64,000 nt of DNA from an uncultured Desulfatiglans sp. (GTDB taxonomy: Bacteria > Desulfobacterota > DSM-4660 > Desulfatiglandales > HGW-15). Shown in pieces: positions 1 to 8,258 of the stretch (its first letter is position 1; each line of letters opens with the position of its first letter). The stretch lies in assembly GCA_964499695.1 (NCBI GenBank), contig CAZCMD010000003.1, forward strand, positions 12,842 through 76,841, given 5' to 3'. Position numbers and translations under genes: made by a program. Under the pieces are notes generated by a model. It did no database searches. It saw nothing but the letters and a program-made list of their open reading frames with translations, and had not been told where the DNA came from.

Positions 1-186
1 CTGCTTGATTCCGTACTCATTAGGTTCTACATATGTTAAAAAAGAATTGTAGAGAATGACAATAATTATAAAGATAAAAATGCCAAGCACCATTCCGCCG
101 GGGAATTTCAGTTTGAAACGAGCTAATGAGGGATTACGCCTGAGCTGTTCAGGAAATACATCAAATATTTTTTTATTATTTTCCAT
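1..186 (-). CDS. partial membrane protein, N-terminus only (possibly SPFH/band-7, HflK/C-like)
   Basis: Absent from the ORF track because it runs off the left edge. ATG at 186-184 follows an AGGAGGAAGGAGA RBS (rc of 192-204). It translates to MENNKKIFDVFPEQLRRNPSLARFKLKFPGGMVLGIFIFIIIVILYNSFLTYVEPNEYGIKQ: a short tail, one TM helix, then a V-x-P-x-E-x-G start like SPFH domains. Confidence 0.35.
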   Translation of the reverse strand, partial: MENNKKIFDVFPEQLRRNPSLARFKLKFPGGMVLGIFIFIIIVILYNSFLTYVEPNEYGIKQ

Positions 187-563
187 CTTTTCTCCTTCCT
201 CCTAAGATAATTGAGGATCATACTTAATTTATAAAACAAGCGGGGAATACAGAAATTTTTGTTTTTTGATTCTGTGAAAAGAAATAACCGGATCACATAA
301 TATTCCGTTACAGGAAATCAAGGTAATAGAACCGTAATAAAAGGTCAATATCCATATTTGAATATAAGAAAGATGGTTTCTGTTTTATATAATCGTATTA
401 CATGCCACGGAACCCGGAGGTGCGTATATATTATATTTATTCTGTTTTCTTGCATAATTACCGGGAACTATATTATATAATCAAATCAAAATTTCCGTTA
501 TAATAATTGCCCTTATCAGGGCAGGAGTATCTATTAAAAAAACAAATCAAGGAGGGAAGACAA

Positions 564-1250
564 ATGGATGTATTGCAGGCAATAAAAGAAAGAAAGAGCA
601 TTAGGGCATTTAAACCTGATCAGGTACCACTGGATCTCCTTAAAAAAATCATGGAGGATGCCATGCGCGCTCCTTCATGGGCAAATACCCAGCCCTGGGA
701 ATTTGCAGTGGTTACAGGTAAGAAACTCAAAGCCATACAGGATGCCTATGTAAAACGCGGCCCTGCTGCCATGCCGGGTTCATCATCTGAAGTACCGCGA
801 CCTTCTGTATTTCCGGAACCGTTTGCCTCCCGTATTAAAAAGATGCAGATAAAGGAGAGGCGTGGCCGTACTTCTGAGCTCAGTAAAGAGGAGATGGAGC
901 ATAAGATGCTTATCAATTTTACCAATTACGGGGCAACAACCTGCATCTACCTGCTGATGGATAAAAGTTATTACCAGCAGGAAAAGGGCATAAATGTCTG
1001 GGGTATGTATGATTCAGGCTCAGCAGTGCAGAATATCATGCTCCTTGCTGTAAATTATGGACTGGGAACCATCGCCCAAGCAATGGCAGTCGTATACCCT
1101 GATATCATTCGTAAGGAGGTGGGCATCCCTGAGGATAAATGCATTGCATTAGGTATTGCCATAGGATACCCGGACTGGAGTAACGAGGTAACAAAAGACT
1201 TCCGTGACAGGGAGCCTCTGGATACTATAGTTAAATTTTACGGGTTTTAG
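564..1250 (+). CDS. nitroreductase-family NAD(P)H:flavin oxidoreductase
   Basis: ORF 507..1250, with the start moved to ATG 564 behind an AGGAGGGAAG RBS. KERKSIRAF and PSWANTQPWEF motifs are typical of the nitroreductase fold. Confidence 0.8.
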   Translation: MDVLQAIKERKSIRAFKPDQVPLDLLKKIMEDAMRAPSWANTQPWEFAVVTGKKLKAIQDAYVKRGPAAMPGSSSEVPRPSVFPEPFASRIKKMQIKERRGRTSELSKEEMEHKMLINFTNYGATTCIYLLMDKSYYQQEKGINVWGMYDSGSAVQNIMLLAVNYGLGTIAQAMAVVYPDIIRKEVGIPEDKCIALGIAIGYPDWSNEVTKDFRDREPLDTIVKFYGF

Positions 1251-1274
1251 GAAAGCAGTTTCACCGCCCGTTCG

Positions 1275-1385
1275 TTTCACTCACTAGAGACGCAGAGGAC
1301 ACAGAGTTAGATGTAGTTTTTTATTTTATGACATATGCCTACAAATAAATAACTCTCTGCGTTCTCTGCGCCTCTGTGGTGAATC
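1275..1385. repeat. GCAGAG-rich imperfect inverted repeat (REP-like intergenic element)
   Basis: The left arm (agagacgcagaggacacagag) and the rc of the right arm (agaggcgcagagaacgcagag) match at about 18/21 positions. An AT-rich spacer of about 46 nt separates them. Confidence 0.4.
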
Positions 1386-1415
1386 ATTTTTAGATTAAAG
1401 TAAAGCTCAATATAT

Positions 1416-2159
1416 ATGAATCAAGTCACAAACATAGGTTACTCCATCATCATCCCTGCCTATAATGAGGAAGATTACCTCCCCCACACACTTGCTAACC
1501 TCATACAATCGATGAAGGCTGTCAGCAGATATAAAGGTGAGATTATTGTTACAGACAATAACTCCACTGACAGGACTGCGGCTATTGCAGAAGAATACGG
1601 TGCAAGAGTCATCTTTGAAGAACACCAGCAGATCTCCCGCGCACGCAATACCGGGGCAAAAGCGGCTTCAGGGAAATTTCTGATCTTTGTTGACAGTGAT
1701 ACCATAATTACTCCTCTGCTCCTCGAAAAGACCATTAACACACTTGCTTCCGGGAGATACTGCGGAGGAGGCACCATTGTCGAATTTGATGCGCCTTTGC
1801 CGTTACCCGGCATGGTTTGTCTTAAAGGCTGGCTGTTTCTTTCCAGAACATTTAAATGGGCATGCGGGGCATATGTCTTTTGTACATGTGAGGCATTTAT
1901 TGAAACAGGTGGATTTGATGAGCGTTATTATGCATCCGAAGAGATTCACTTTTCCAGGGCGTTAAGGCTCTGGGGCAGGGAAAAAAGAAAATTATTTATT
2001 ATCCTTGAAGAACCCATTATTACAAGTAGCAGAAAACTGAAATGGTTCAGCATCATGGATCATCTTCGTATGTTTCTTCGTATGTTTGCTACTCTGAAGC
2101 CTTTACAGAACCGTGATGCCTGTTACAGGATGTGGTATCAACACCCGAGAAAAAAATAA
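1416..2159 (+). CDS. family 2 glycosyltransferase
   Basis: SIIIPAYNEEDYL near the N-terminus and a FVDSDT (DxD-like) motif; GT-A fold pattern. Confidence 0.8.
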   Translation: MNQVTNIGYSIIIPAYNEEDYLPHTLANLIQSMKAVSRYKGEIIVTDNNSTDRTAAIAEEYGARVIFEEHQQISRARNTGAKAASGKFLIFVDSDTIITPLLLEKTINTLASGRYCGGGTIVEFDAPLPLPGMVCLKGWLFLSRTFKWACGAYVFCTCEAFIETGGFDERYYASEEIHFSRALRLWGREKRKLFIILEEPIITSSRKLKWFSIMDHLRMFLRMFATLKPLQNRDACYRMWYQHPRKK

Positions 2160-2197
2160 GCAGGATCATATTTAAAGATAAAAGCAAAAACAAATGG

Positions 2198-2217
2198 ATG
2201 CCCGTCTGCACGGGCAT
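2198..2217. terminator. hairpin between convergent genes (ATGCCCGT-ctgc-ACGGGCAT)
   Basis: Perfect 8-bp stem with a 4-nt loop between the GT2 stop (2159) and the propeller-gene stop (2263). No clear U-tract, so it may be a REP element instead. Confidence 0.3.
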
Positions 2218-2262
2218 GACGGTGAATGAAGATTGTTTAATGCCTTAAGACATGATTCCAGT

Positions 2263-3534
2263 TCATTTTAGTTTAAGGCAAACAACCTCTCCCTCAGAAT
2301 CCCTGGCATAGAGATAGTCACCAATTAGAACAGGCAGAGACCAGCAGAGCCCGTTCAATATTTTCTTCCGATAGGTCTCTTTGAATTTTGTATCTACCAT
2401 ATTCCCCCAGATCAATTGGCCTGTTTCAGTCAGCATTATCATTTTATCGCCAATCCCTATCAGGCTTCCAAATTCATAACTCTGATCGAACCATACGCGT
2501 TTCCCGGTAAGGGCATTAACGCAATGGAACCCTTTATCAGCCTTTACACGTCCACTGCTTAAAAAATAAATATTATTCTTATAAATAACCTGCGGATTAA
2601 AGGCAAACCACTCGTTTGGATATTTGGCATCTGTTGAAAGCCACTCCTGTGTCAGCTTATCTCCCTTAAGGGTCAACCTCGCCATACCGTGCGCGCTGTG
2701 GTTGAGATAAATACCACCTTTATAGATATAGGGAGTTATTGCATTGCAGTTGGATTTTTCCTCCCATGTTTTAGAATATGTCGCTAATGGTTTACCGGTA
2801 GCCGGGTCCAGGATATAAAAACCTTCATTTGTAAAGATTGCTACGGCCGGTCGATTAAACATACCTGAAGGTAGAGGCTTTGGTGTTGTATATCCTACAA
2901 CATTGCCATCGCTCTTCCAGAGCAGGTTCCCTGTATCCTTATTAAAGGCCATACCATTTGTGCCGATGTTGAAGATAACCGCATCACCCATAATTGTGGG
3001 TGAACCTGGGAACCCCCACCAGGGTTTTTCCGGTTTATACTGCACGGCAGAGGCCTCCCAGATCTTTTTCCCTGTTTTGGCATCAAGGCAGAATATCTGC
3101 CCGAACTTACTCAGGGTATAGACCTTTCCTTCATGGATAGTCGGAGTAGAACTCGGGCCACCCGGATGCAGACGCGGATCAAGTTTACATGGATAATCAA
3201 ATCGCCATATCTCTTTACCGGTTTTTGCATCAAGGCAATAGACATAGTCTTTTGCCGTATCCTCATCCTTTTTTGTGCCGTCATTTCCCATGGTATAAAG
3301 CAATCCATCGGCAATTGTCACCGAGCACATTCCTGTCTTGAGCTGCACCCTCCAGACTTCTTCAGCAGAGGCAGCAGTAAACTGCTTGAGCTCAGGTTGA
3401 AAATCATTATTAGGTCCAAGATAATATGGCCAGTCTGATGCAGCATTTACATTTAATGTAAACAATATTACCATGCAGATGATAATACCGCTGATCATAT
3501 CTTTATTACCATTAAGCCCGATTATCCGTCTCAT
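2263..3534 (-). CDS. secreted PQQ-like (BamB-like) beta-propeller repeat protein
   Basis: Signal-like N-terminus. Repeated motifs of the form 'YCLDAKTGKEIWRF' and 'FCLDAKTGKKIWE' are typical of PQQ-like propeller blades. Confidence 0.7.
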   Translation of the reverse strand: MRRIIGLNGNKDMISGIIICMVILFTLNVNAASDWPYYLGPNNDFQPELKQFTAASAEEVWRVQLKTGMCSVTIADGLLYTMGNDGTKKDEDTAKDYVYCLDAKTGKEIWRFDYPCKLDPRLHPGGPSSTPTIHEGKVYTLSKFGQIFCLDAKTGKKIWEASAVQYKPEKPWWGFPGSPTIMGDAVIFNIGTNGMAFNKDTGNLLWKSDGNVVGYTTPKPLPSGMFNRPAVAIFTNEGFYILDPATGKPLATYSKTWEEKSNCNAITPYIYKGGIYLNHSAHGMARLTLKGDKLTQEWLSTDAKYPNEWFAFNPQVIYKNNIYFLSSGRVKADKGFHCVNALTGKRVWFDQSYEFGSLIGIGDKMIMLTETGQLIWGNMVDTKFKETYRKKILNGLCWSLPVLIGDYLYARDSEGEVVCLKLK

Positions 3535-3602
3535 AAGCCATCTCCTGTAAATAAATTAATAGATAGGCAGTATAAACCAGCCAAAAGGTACCCCTTTCTT
3601 TT

Positions 3603-5468
3603 TTATATAACACCTTTATATGGTCTTGCAATGCTCAACTTCTTCATTCGTGATCTCAGAGTCGAATCTTTCAAACCTAAAATTCTGGCAGCGCCATTTT
3701 TCCCGCTAACCCGCCATCCTGTTGAATTCAACACCTTTATAATGTGTTCTTTTTCCATATCTTCCATTGACATATTCTTGCTTGCAGGGGCAGCTTCAGC
3801 CTGCTCTTGTTCCAGTTTCAGTGTTGATCCGCTGCTCATTATCATACCACGTTCAATAACATTTTTAAGCTCTCTCACATTCCCCGGCCAGTTATTGCTC
3901 TGCAGCTCATCCATATTTTTTTTGGGAATTATTTTTATGGATTTACCCATGCTCTGGGAAAACTCCTCAACAAAGGCCCATACGAGGAGCGGAATGTCTT
4001 CTCTTCTCTCCCGCAATGGAGGGACCATGATAGGGAAAACATTAAGACGATAGAATAAATCTCTCCTGAATACATCCTTCTTTACGAGCTCAGCCAGATT
4101 GTGATTTGTAGCGGCTATTACACGAACGTCTACAGACACGGTTTTTGCACTGCCAAGCCTTTCAAATGTACCGTCTTCAAGAACCCTTAAAAGCTTGGCC
4201 TGGAGTTCCAGCGGAAGGTCCCCGATTTCATCAAGGAATATGGTTGATTTGTCGGCAGCTTCAAACCGGCCGGCCTGTCTGGATGCGGCGCCGGTAAAGG
4301 CGCCCTTTTCACGCCCGAACAGCTCACTCTCGATAAGGCTCGCCGGTAATGCCGCACAATTTACCCTTATCATGGAACGAACATTCCTGGGGCTGAGATT
4401 ATGTATTGCCCTTGCAAGCATCTCTTTTCCCGTTCCGGTCTCTCCGGTAATAAGAACACTTGTATTCTCCTTTGCAACCCTTTCCACTGCCATGAGAACT
4501 TTTTTGATAGCCCTGCTCTCTCCAATGATTTCATTGTGCCTGTATCTGGTTTCCACCTCTTTTCTGAGGTAGATATTTTCTTCTTCAAGCTTATTCTTCA
4601 GGGCATTAATTTCAATAAATGCCTTTTTAAGTTCATTTTCAGATTTTTTTCTTTCTGTAACATCCCTTGTGAGAGAAAGGAGGAGGGATTTTTCCTCAAG
4701 ATCAACGCGCCCCAGGCGGACTTCCACGGGAAATGTGCTTCCATCCTTCCTCCTGTGGATACTTTCAAAGGTGATATGCTTTTCAGATTGCAAAGGGCCC
4801 CAGTATCTGTCTCTGTGCCCCTTTTCTGCTACATCCATATCCACATCAGATATACTCATCGTTAAAAGTTCATCTCTACTATAACCCAGCATTTCGCAGG
4901 CTGTCAGGTTGACATCCATTATCTTGCCAACGTAATCATGTATGAAAAATCCGTCACCTGCCTGTTCAACAAGCATCCTGAATCTCTTCTCACTCAACTG
5001 AAGGGCTATGGTTGCAGCTTTTTTGTCGGTAATATCCATAATGAACCCTTCATATATGGTTTTACCCGATTTAGCCTTTACAGCCCTGGCCCTGATACTG
5101 GTCCATACAGCCTCACCATCTCTTCGCTTGAGCCTGATTTCAGCGCCGTCAACGAACCCCTGGGATTTCATCCTGTGTACTATACCATCTCTCTCCTTCG
5201 GGTCCATGTAAAGCTCTGCTGCATTGGTGCATGATTTTAACAGCTCCTCCTTTGAGTTGAACCCGAGCATCTGGGCCAGCCGCCTGTTGGCAAGAAGAAA
5301 TTCACCATCTTCATTTGAACGGTAGAACCCGACCACGGCATTTTCTATCAGACTCTGGAATCCGTTCTCTATCTCAGGCATACTTTCTAATTTTATGGTG
5401 TCCTGAATTTCTTTTCCCGTGCTCTTTTGCGTTTTTACCCTGACCTTTTTACCAGGTATACGGCCCAT
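3603..5468 (-). CDS. sigma-54-dependent transcriptional activator with two PAS domains (bEBP)
   Basis: AAA+ core has Walker A GETGTGKE, the GAFTGA loop (EKGAFTGA) and ESELFG, plus a C-terminal Fis-type HTH (AARILGLKDSTLRSRMKKL). Start placed at ATG 5468 (GGAGAAGATCAA-ATG); the maximal ORF extends to 5651. Confidence 0.85.
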   Translation of the reverse strand: MGRIPGKKVRVKTQKSTGKEIQDTIKLESMPEIENGFQSLIENAVVGFYRSNEDGEFLLANRRLAQMLGFNSKEELLKSCTNAAELYMDPKERDGIVHRMKSQGFVDGAEIRLKRRDGEAVWTSIRARAVKAKSGKTIYEGFIMDITDKKAATIALQLSEKRFRMLVEQAGDGFFIHDYVGKIMDVNLTACEMLGYSRDELLTMSISDVDMDVAEKGHRDRYWGPLQSEKHITFESIHRRKDGSTFPVEVRLGRVDLEEKSLLLSLTRDVTERKKSENELKKAFIEINALKNKLEEENIYLRKEVETRYRHNEIIGESRAIKKVLMAVERVAKENTSVLITGETGTGKEMLARAIHNLSPRNVRSMIRVNCAALPASLIESELFGREKGAFTGAASRQAGRFEAADKSTIFLDEIGDLPLELQAKLLRVLEDGTFERLGSAKTVSVDVRVIAATNHNLAELVKKDVFRRDLFYRLNVFPIMVPPLRERREDIPLLVWAFVEEFSQSMGKSIKIIPKKNMDELQSNNWPGNVRELKNVIERGMIMSSGSTLKLEQEQAEAAPASKNMSMEDMEKEHIIKVLNSTGWRVSGKNGAARILGLKDSTLRSRMKKLSIARPYKGVI

Positions 5469-5492
5469 TTGATCTTCTCCATAAAAAATCTT

Positions 5493-5531
5493 ACTAGCGA
5501 AATATCGCAAATAAAACGATATTTCGCTAGT
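5493..5531. promoter_or_regulatory. 15-bp perfect inverted repeat, candidate enhancer (UAS) for the adjacent bEBP
   Basis: ACTAGCGAAATATCG-N9-CGATATTTCGCTAGT, in the divergent intergenic region about 95 bp upstream of the -24/-12-like element. Confidence 0.35.
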
Positions 5532-5625
5532 ATTTTTTTGTAATTCCATCATCGAAAATGATTTGATCAGGATATGTTGAGTGTTTTCAATGAAATACGC
5601 CATGACATAATAACCCTGCCAGAAC

Positions 5626-5639
5626 GGCATGCTTATTGT
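5626..5639 (+). promoter_or_regulatory. candidate sigma-54 (-24/-12) promoter
   Basis: cGGCATGcttaTTGTa versus the consensus TGGCACG-N4-TTGCW. Spacing is correct, but -12 is GT rather than GC. It lies 125 bp upstream of ATG 5764. Confidence 0.25.
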
Positions 5640-5763
5640 AACTACTACCAATTAAAAATTACTTTTATTGAAATATGGAAAAAATAAATTTTCCTTAGTT
5701 TTTACGGACGGGGCTTCCCATGACTTATCAATTACTGACCTTTTCAAGAGACGGGCTTAAAAT

Positions 5764-6096
5764 ATGATAGTCCTTATCCTTACCCTGAAGGTATCTCCCT
5801 CAGATCGGAAGCATGTTGTGAGCATATTTAACACAATAGCCGGTTCAACATCTGTAAAGCCGGGATGTAAAAAAGTAAAGTTCTACTCTGATGTCGATGA
5901 TGATGATGAACTTTTGTTGATAGAAGAATGGGAAACAATGTCTGAGCTTGAACGGCATATAGTATCTGCTGATTTTCGAAAGATAATGGCAATTATGGAT
6001 ATGGCAATCGAGCCGCCTGATATCTCATTCAACACAGTCACATCGATAAAGGGTTTTGAACTGGTCGAAAAAATTCGGGAGAGTGTTAACACATGA
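5764..6096 (+). CDS. ABM (antibiotic-biosynthesis-monooxygenase-like) dimeric alpha+beta barrel protein
   Basis: 110 aa. GC..V.FY....D.......EEWET...LE.H..S..F matches the ABM-domain pattern. Confidence 0.6.
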   Translation: MIVLILTLKVSPSDRKHVVSIFNTIAGSTSVKPGCKKVKFYSDVDDDDELLLIEEWETMSELERHIVSADFRKIMAIMDMAIEPPDISFNTVTSIKGFELVEKIRESVNT

Positions 6097-6147
6097 GTTT
6101 TATTTTTTCGGTGATCATAAATATCAACATACAAGGAGGTTATTAAA

Positions 6148-7107
6148 ATGAAAAAGAAAGTATTCGTTGACCTTACCCATCCATTCAGTGCGGAGATCCC
6201 GCGCTGGCCCTATTTCGTCAAACCGGTCATAGACTCCATGCATACCATGGCAAAGGGAGGTGTACTTACCCAGAGGGTCGATTGCGTACAGCACACAGGC
6301 ACTCATGCCGATGCACCGCGTCATGTAATGGAACGTGAGTTCAACGGTAAGAGAGCGCGGTATACCCACGAAATGCCTGTTGACGCCTACACCGGAGACG
6401 CAATCTGCCTTGAGATCAAAATACACCGCTGGGGCCTGATCCTGCCCGAGCATCTCGAGGATGCCTGTAAACGTGCAGGTATTAAACCGGAAGAACTCAA
6501 GGGCATGGTTGTCTGCCTGAATACTGGGATGCACCGAAAATTCGACGACTCCAAAGAATACTATCACTATTCATGCGGGACAGGCGTAGAAGCGGGCAAA
6601 TGGTTTGTAAAACACAAGGTTAAATGTGTGGCCATGGACATGCAGGCACTGGACCATCCCCTCCATACGGCCATGGGTAAAAATGGTCCACCCCAGATGA
6701 ATCTGCCAGGGGCTTCCGGAAAGCCCATCACGGTAGAATATGCCGAACAGTTCGGTGAAGAGGCCTATGCCGAATTTGAGAAAGCAGCCTACATAAAGCT
6801 TCATGGCCAGAAGGCCTATGATGCCAAATTTGGTGACCTGGAAAAAATCGGGTGTGAGGGAACCTGGGAACCATGCCACAAGCAGATGCTGGGACATGGC
6901 ATAGTTGGAGTGGAGAACCTCGGCGGAGATCTGGACAAGGTATCAGGGAAACGTTTCAGGTTCTACTGCTTCCCGATCCGCTGGTACATGGGTGACGGCG
7001 CCATGGTGCGCTGCGTAGCCGAGATCGATGAATCAGAGCTGAATGATGTTCCTGACAGAACCTACACCTACTGTGGGACAGGATACGGACCGGCCTGCGA
7101 AAGATAA
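6148..7107 (+). CDS. cyclase-family metal-dependent hydrolase (kynurenine formamidase/isatin hydrolase fold); candidate ring hydrolase
   Basis: DLTHPF and the HTGTHADAPRH (HxGTHxDxPxH) metal motif, with an AAGGAGG RBS. At 319 aa it is longer than the simple roughly 210-aa members. Confidence 0.75.
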   Translation: MKKKVFVDLTHPFSAEIPRWPYFVKPVIDSMHTMAKGGVLTQRVDCVQHTGTHADAPRHVMEREFNGKRARYTHEMPVDAYTGDAICLEIKIHRWGLILPEHLEDACKRAGIKPEELKGMVVCLNTGMHRKFDDSKEYYHYSCGTGVEAGKWFVKHKVKCVAMDMQALDHPLHTAMGKNGPPQMNLPGASGKPITVEYAEQFGEEAYAEFEKAAYIKLHGQKAYDAKFGDLEKIGCEGTWEPCHKQMLGHGIVGVENLGGDLDKVSGKRFRFYCFPIRWYMGDGAMVRCVAEIDESELNDVPDRTYTYCGTGYGPACER

Positions 7108-7190
7108 AGGGTTACAGGAAAGCCGATCTCTCCGGTCATCACAGTAGATCGGGGAGATCGGAAGGATATTATATTAATGGAGAATCGATA

Positions 7191-8216
7191 ATGATGTCCA
7201 ATAAACTGTTTTACTTATTGCGTCTTATTCTTCTATCTCTGATTTTTTCTTCATGCATGACAGGGTGTAACAATACTGATCCTGCTGAGCCGGAGAACAA
7301 CCAAAATACTGGTTTTAGTGCACAGGTGATCAAACATACAGATAAGCTGTATGATGTTTCCGTTGCCGGTTCCGGTAATGTCTGGGTAGTAGGATATTTT
7401 GGCGTGATCTTTCATTCCACTGACAACGGTCTGAACTGGATCAAAATAGATGCCGGCACAAAGGCATCTCTTTTAGGGGTCAGTTTTGTAAATGAAAAAA
7501 CGGGATGGATTGTGGGTGATCAGGGTACCATTCTCCATACGGTTGACGGAGGTCAAACCTGGGAAAGACAAAAAAGCCCGGTAGCAAATGAAAAGCTTCT
7601 GAAAGTCCAGTTCATAAATGATAAACAGGGATGGATTGTCGGCACCTTCGGACTTGTCCTGTACACCGGAGATGATGGCATGAACTGGGAGCGACTTCCA
7701 TTTACCGAGGATGTGATTCTGAATGACCTCTGTTTTATTAATCCAAATCAGGGATGGATTGCCGGTGAATTCGGAATGGTACTTTATACTGAAGACGGAG
7801 GAAAGACATGGGTAAAACAGCTTGAAGATGAAATGGGTAGGAAGATGTTCGGAATTGCATTTATAGATTCCCTTCATGGGATCGTTGTCGGAAATGAAGG
7901 AGTTATCTACACAACCAGAAACGGCGGCAAAGATTGGGAACTTAAAAGCACAGAAAATGGTGACACCCTTTTGAAGGTGGCATTTGCGGATGACACTCAT
8001 GCAACTGCTGTTGGTCTCAGGGGGTGCATGACTGCAACCGAGGACGGTGGAGATAACTGGAGATCGGTCTGCCCCCTGAACCACTTTACATGGCTTTCAG
8101 GTATAGCCTATGACAAAAGAGGAAGAGGCTTTGCTGTGGGTGATGGCGGAAATATTTTGACGAGCAATGATTCAGGTCTTGGCTGGGCGCCCTATAATCA
8201 GCCAGCACAAAAATAA
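7191..8216 (+). CDS. Ycf48-like / BNR (Asp-box) beta-propeller lipoprotein
   Basis: Lipobox-like IFSSC. Seven Asp-box repeats: STDNGLNW, TVDGGQTW, TGDDGMNW, TEDGGKTW, TRNGGKDW, TEDGGDNW, SNDSGLGW. Confidence 0.75.
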   Translation: MMSNKLFYLLRLILLSLIFSSCMTGCNNTDPAEPENNQNTGFSAQVIKHTDKLYDVSVAGSGNVWVVGYFGVIFHSTDNGLNWIKIDAGTKASLLGVSFVNEKTGWIVGDQGTILHTVDGGQTWERQKSPVANEKLLKVQFINDKQGWIVGTFGLVLYTGDDGMNWERLPFTEDVILNDLCFINPNQGWIAGEFGMVLYTEDGGKTWVKQLEDEMGRKMFGIAFIDSLHGIVVGNEGVIYTTRNGGKDWELKSTENGDTLLKVAFADDTHATAVGLRGCMTATEDGGDNWRSVCPLNHFTWLSGIAYDKRGRGFAVGDGGNILTSNDSGLGWAPYNQPAQK

Positions 8217-8258
8217 GGTATCTGTGACTTGTAATTATTATTTAGTCGGAGTAACAGA

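Noticed and set aside
187-563. Repeated ttccgtta(c/t)a motifs and AT-rich sequence upstream of the nitroreductase gene as a riboswitch or operator
   Set aside because: Only short (5-8 nt) imperfect repeats are present. I recognise no conserved riboswitch core, so I cannot support a call.
5469-5651. N-terminal ORF extensions in the track (3603..5651, 15773.., 21719.., 24811.., 40254.., 42996.., 45673.., 47279.., ..56538, ..29671)
   Set aside because: In each case an internal start with a good Shine-Dalgarno sequence and a sensible N-terminus exists downstream (signal peptide, Rossmann motif or similar). The extensions run through intergenic repeats, promoters or hairpins and have odd composition.
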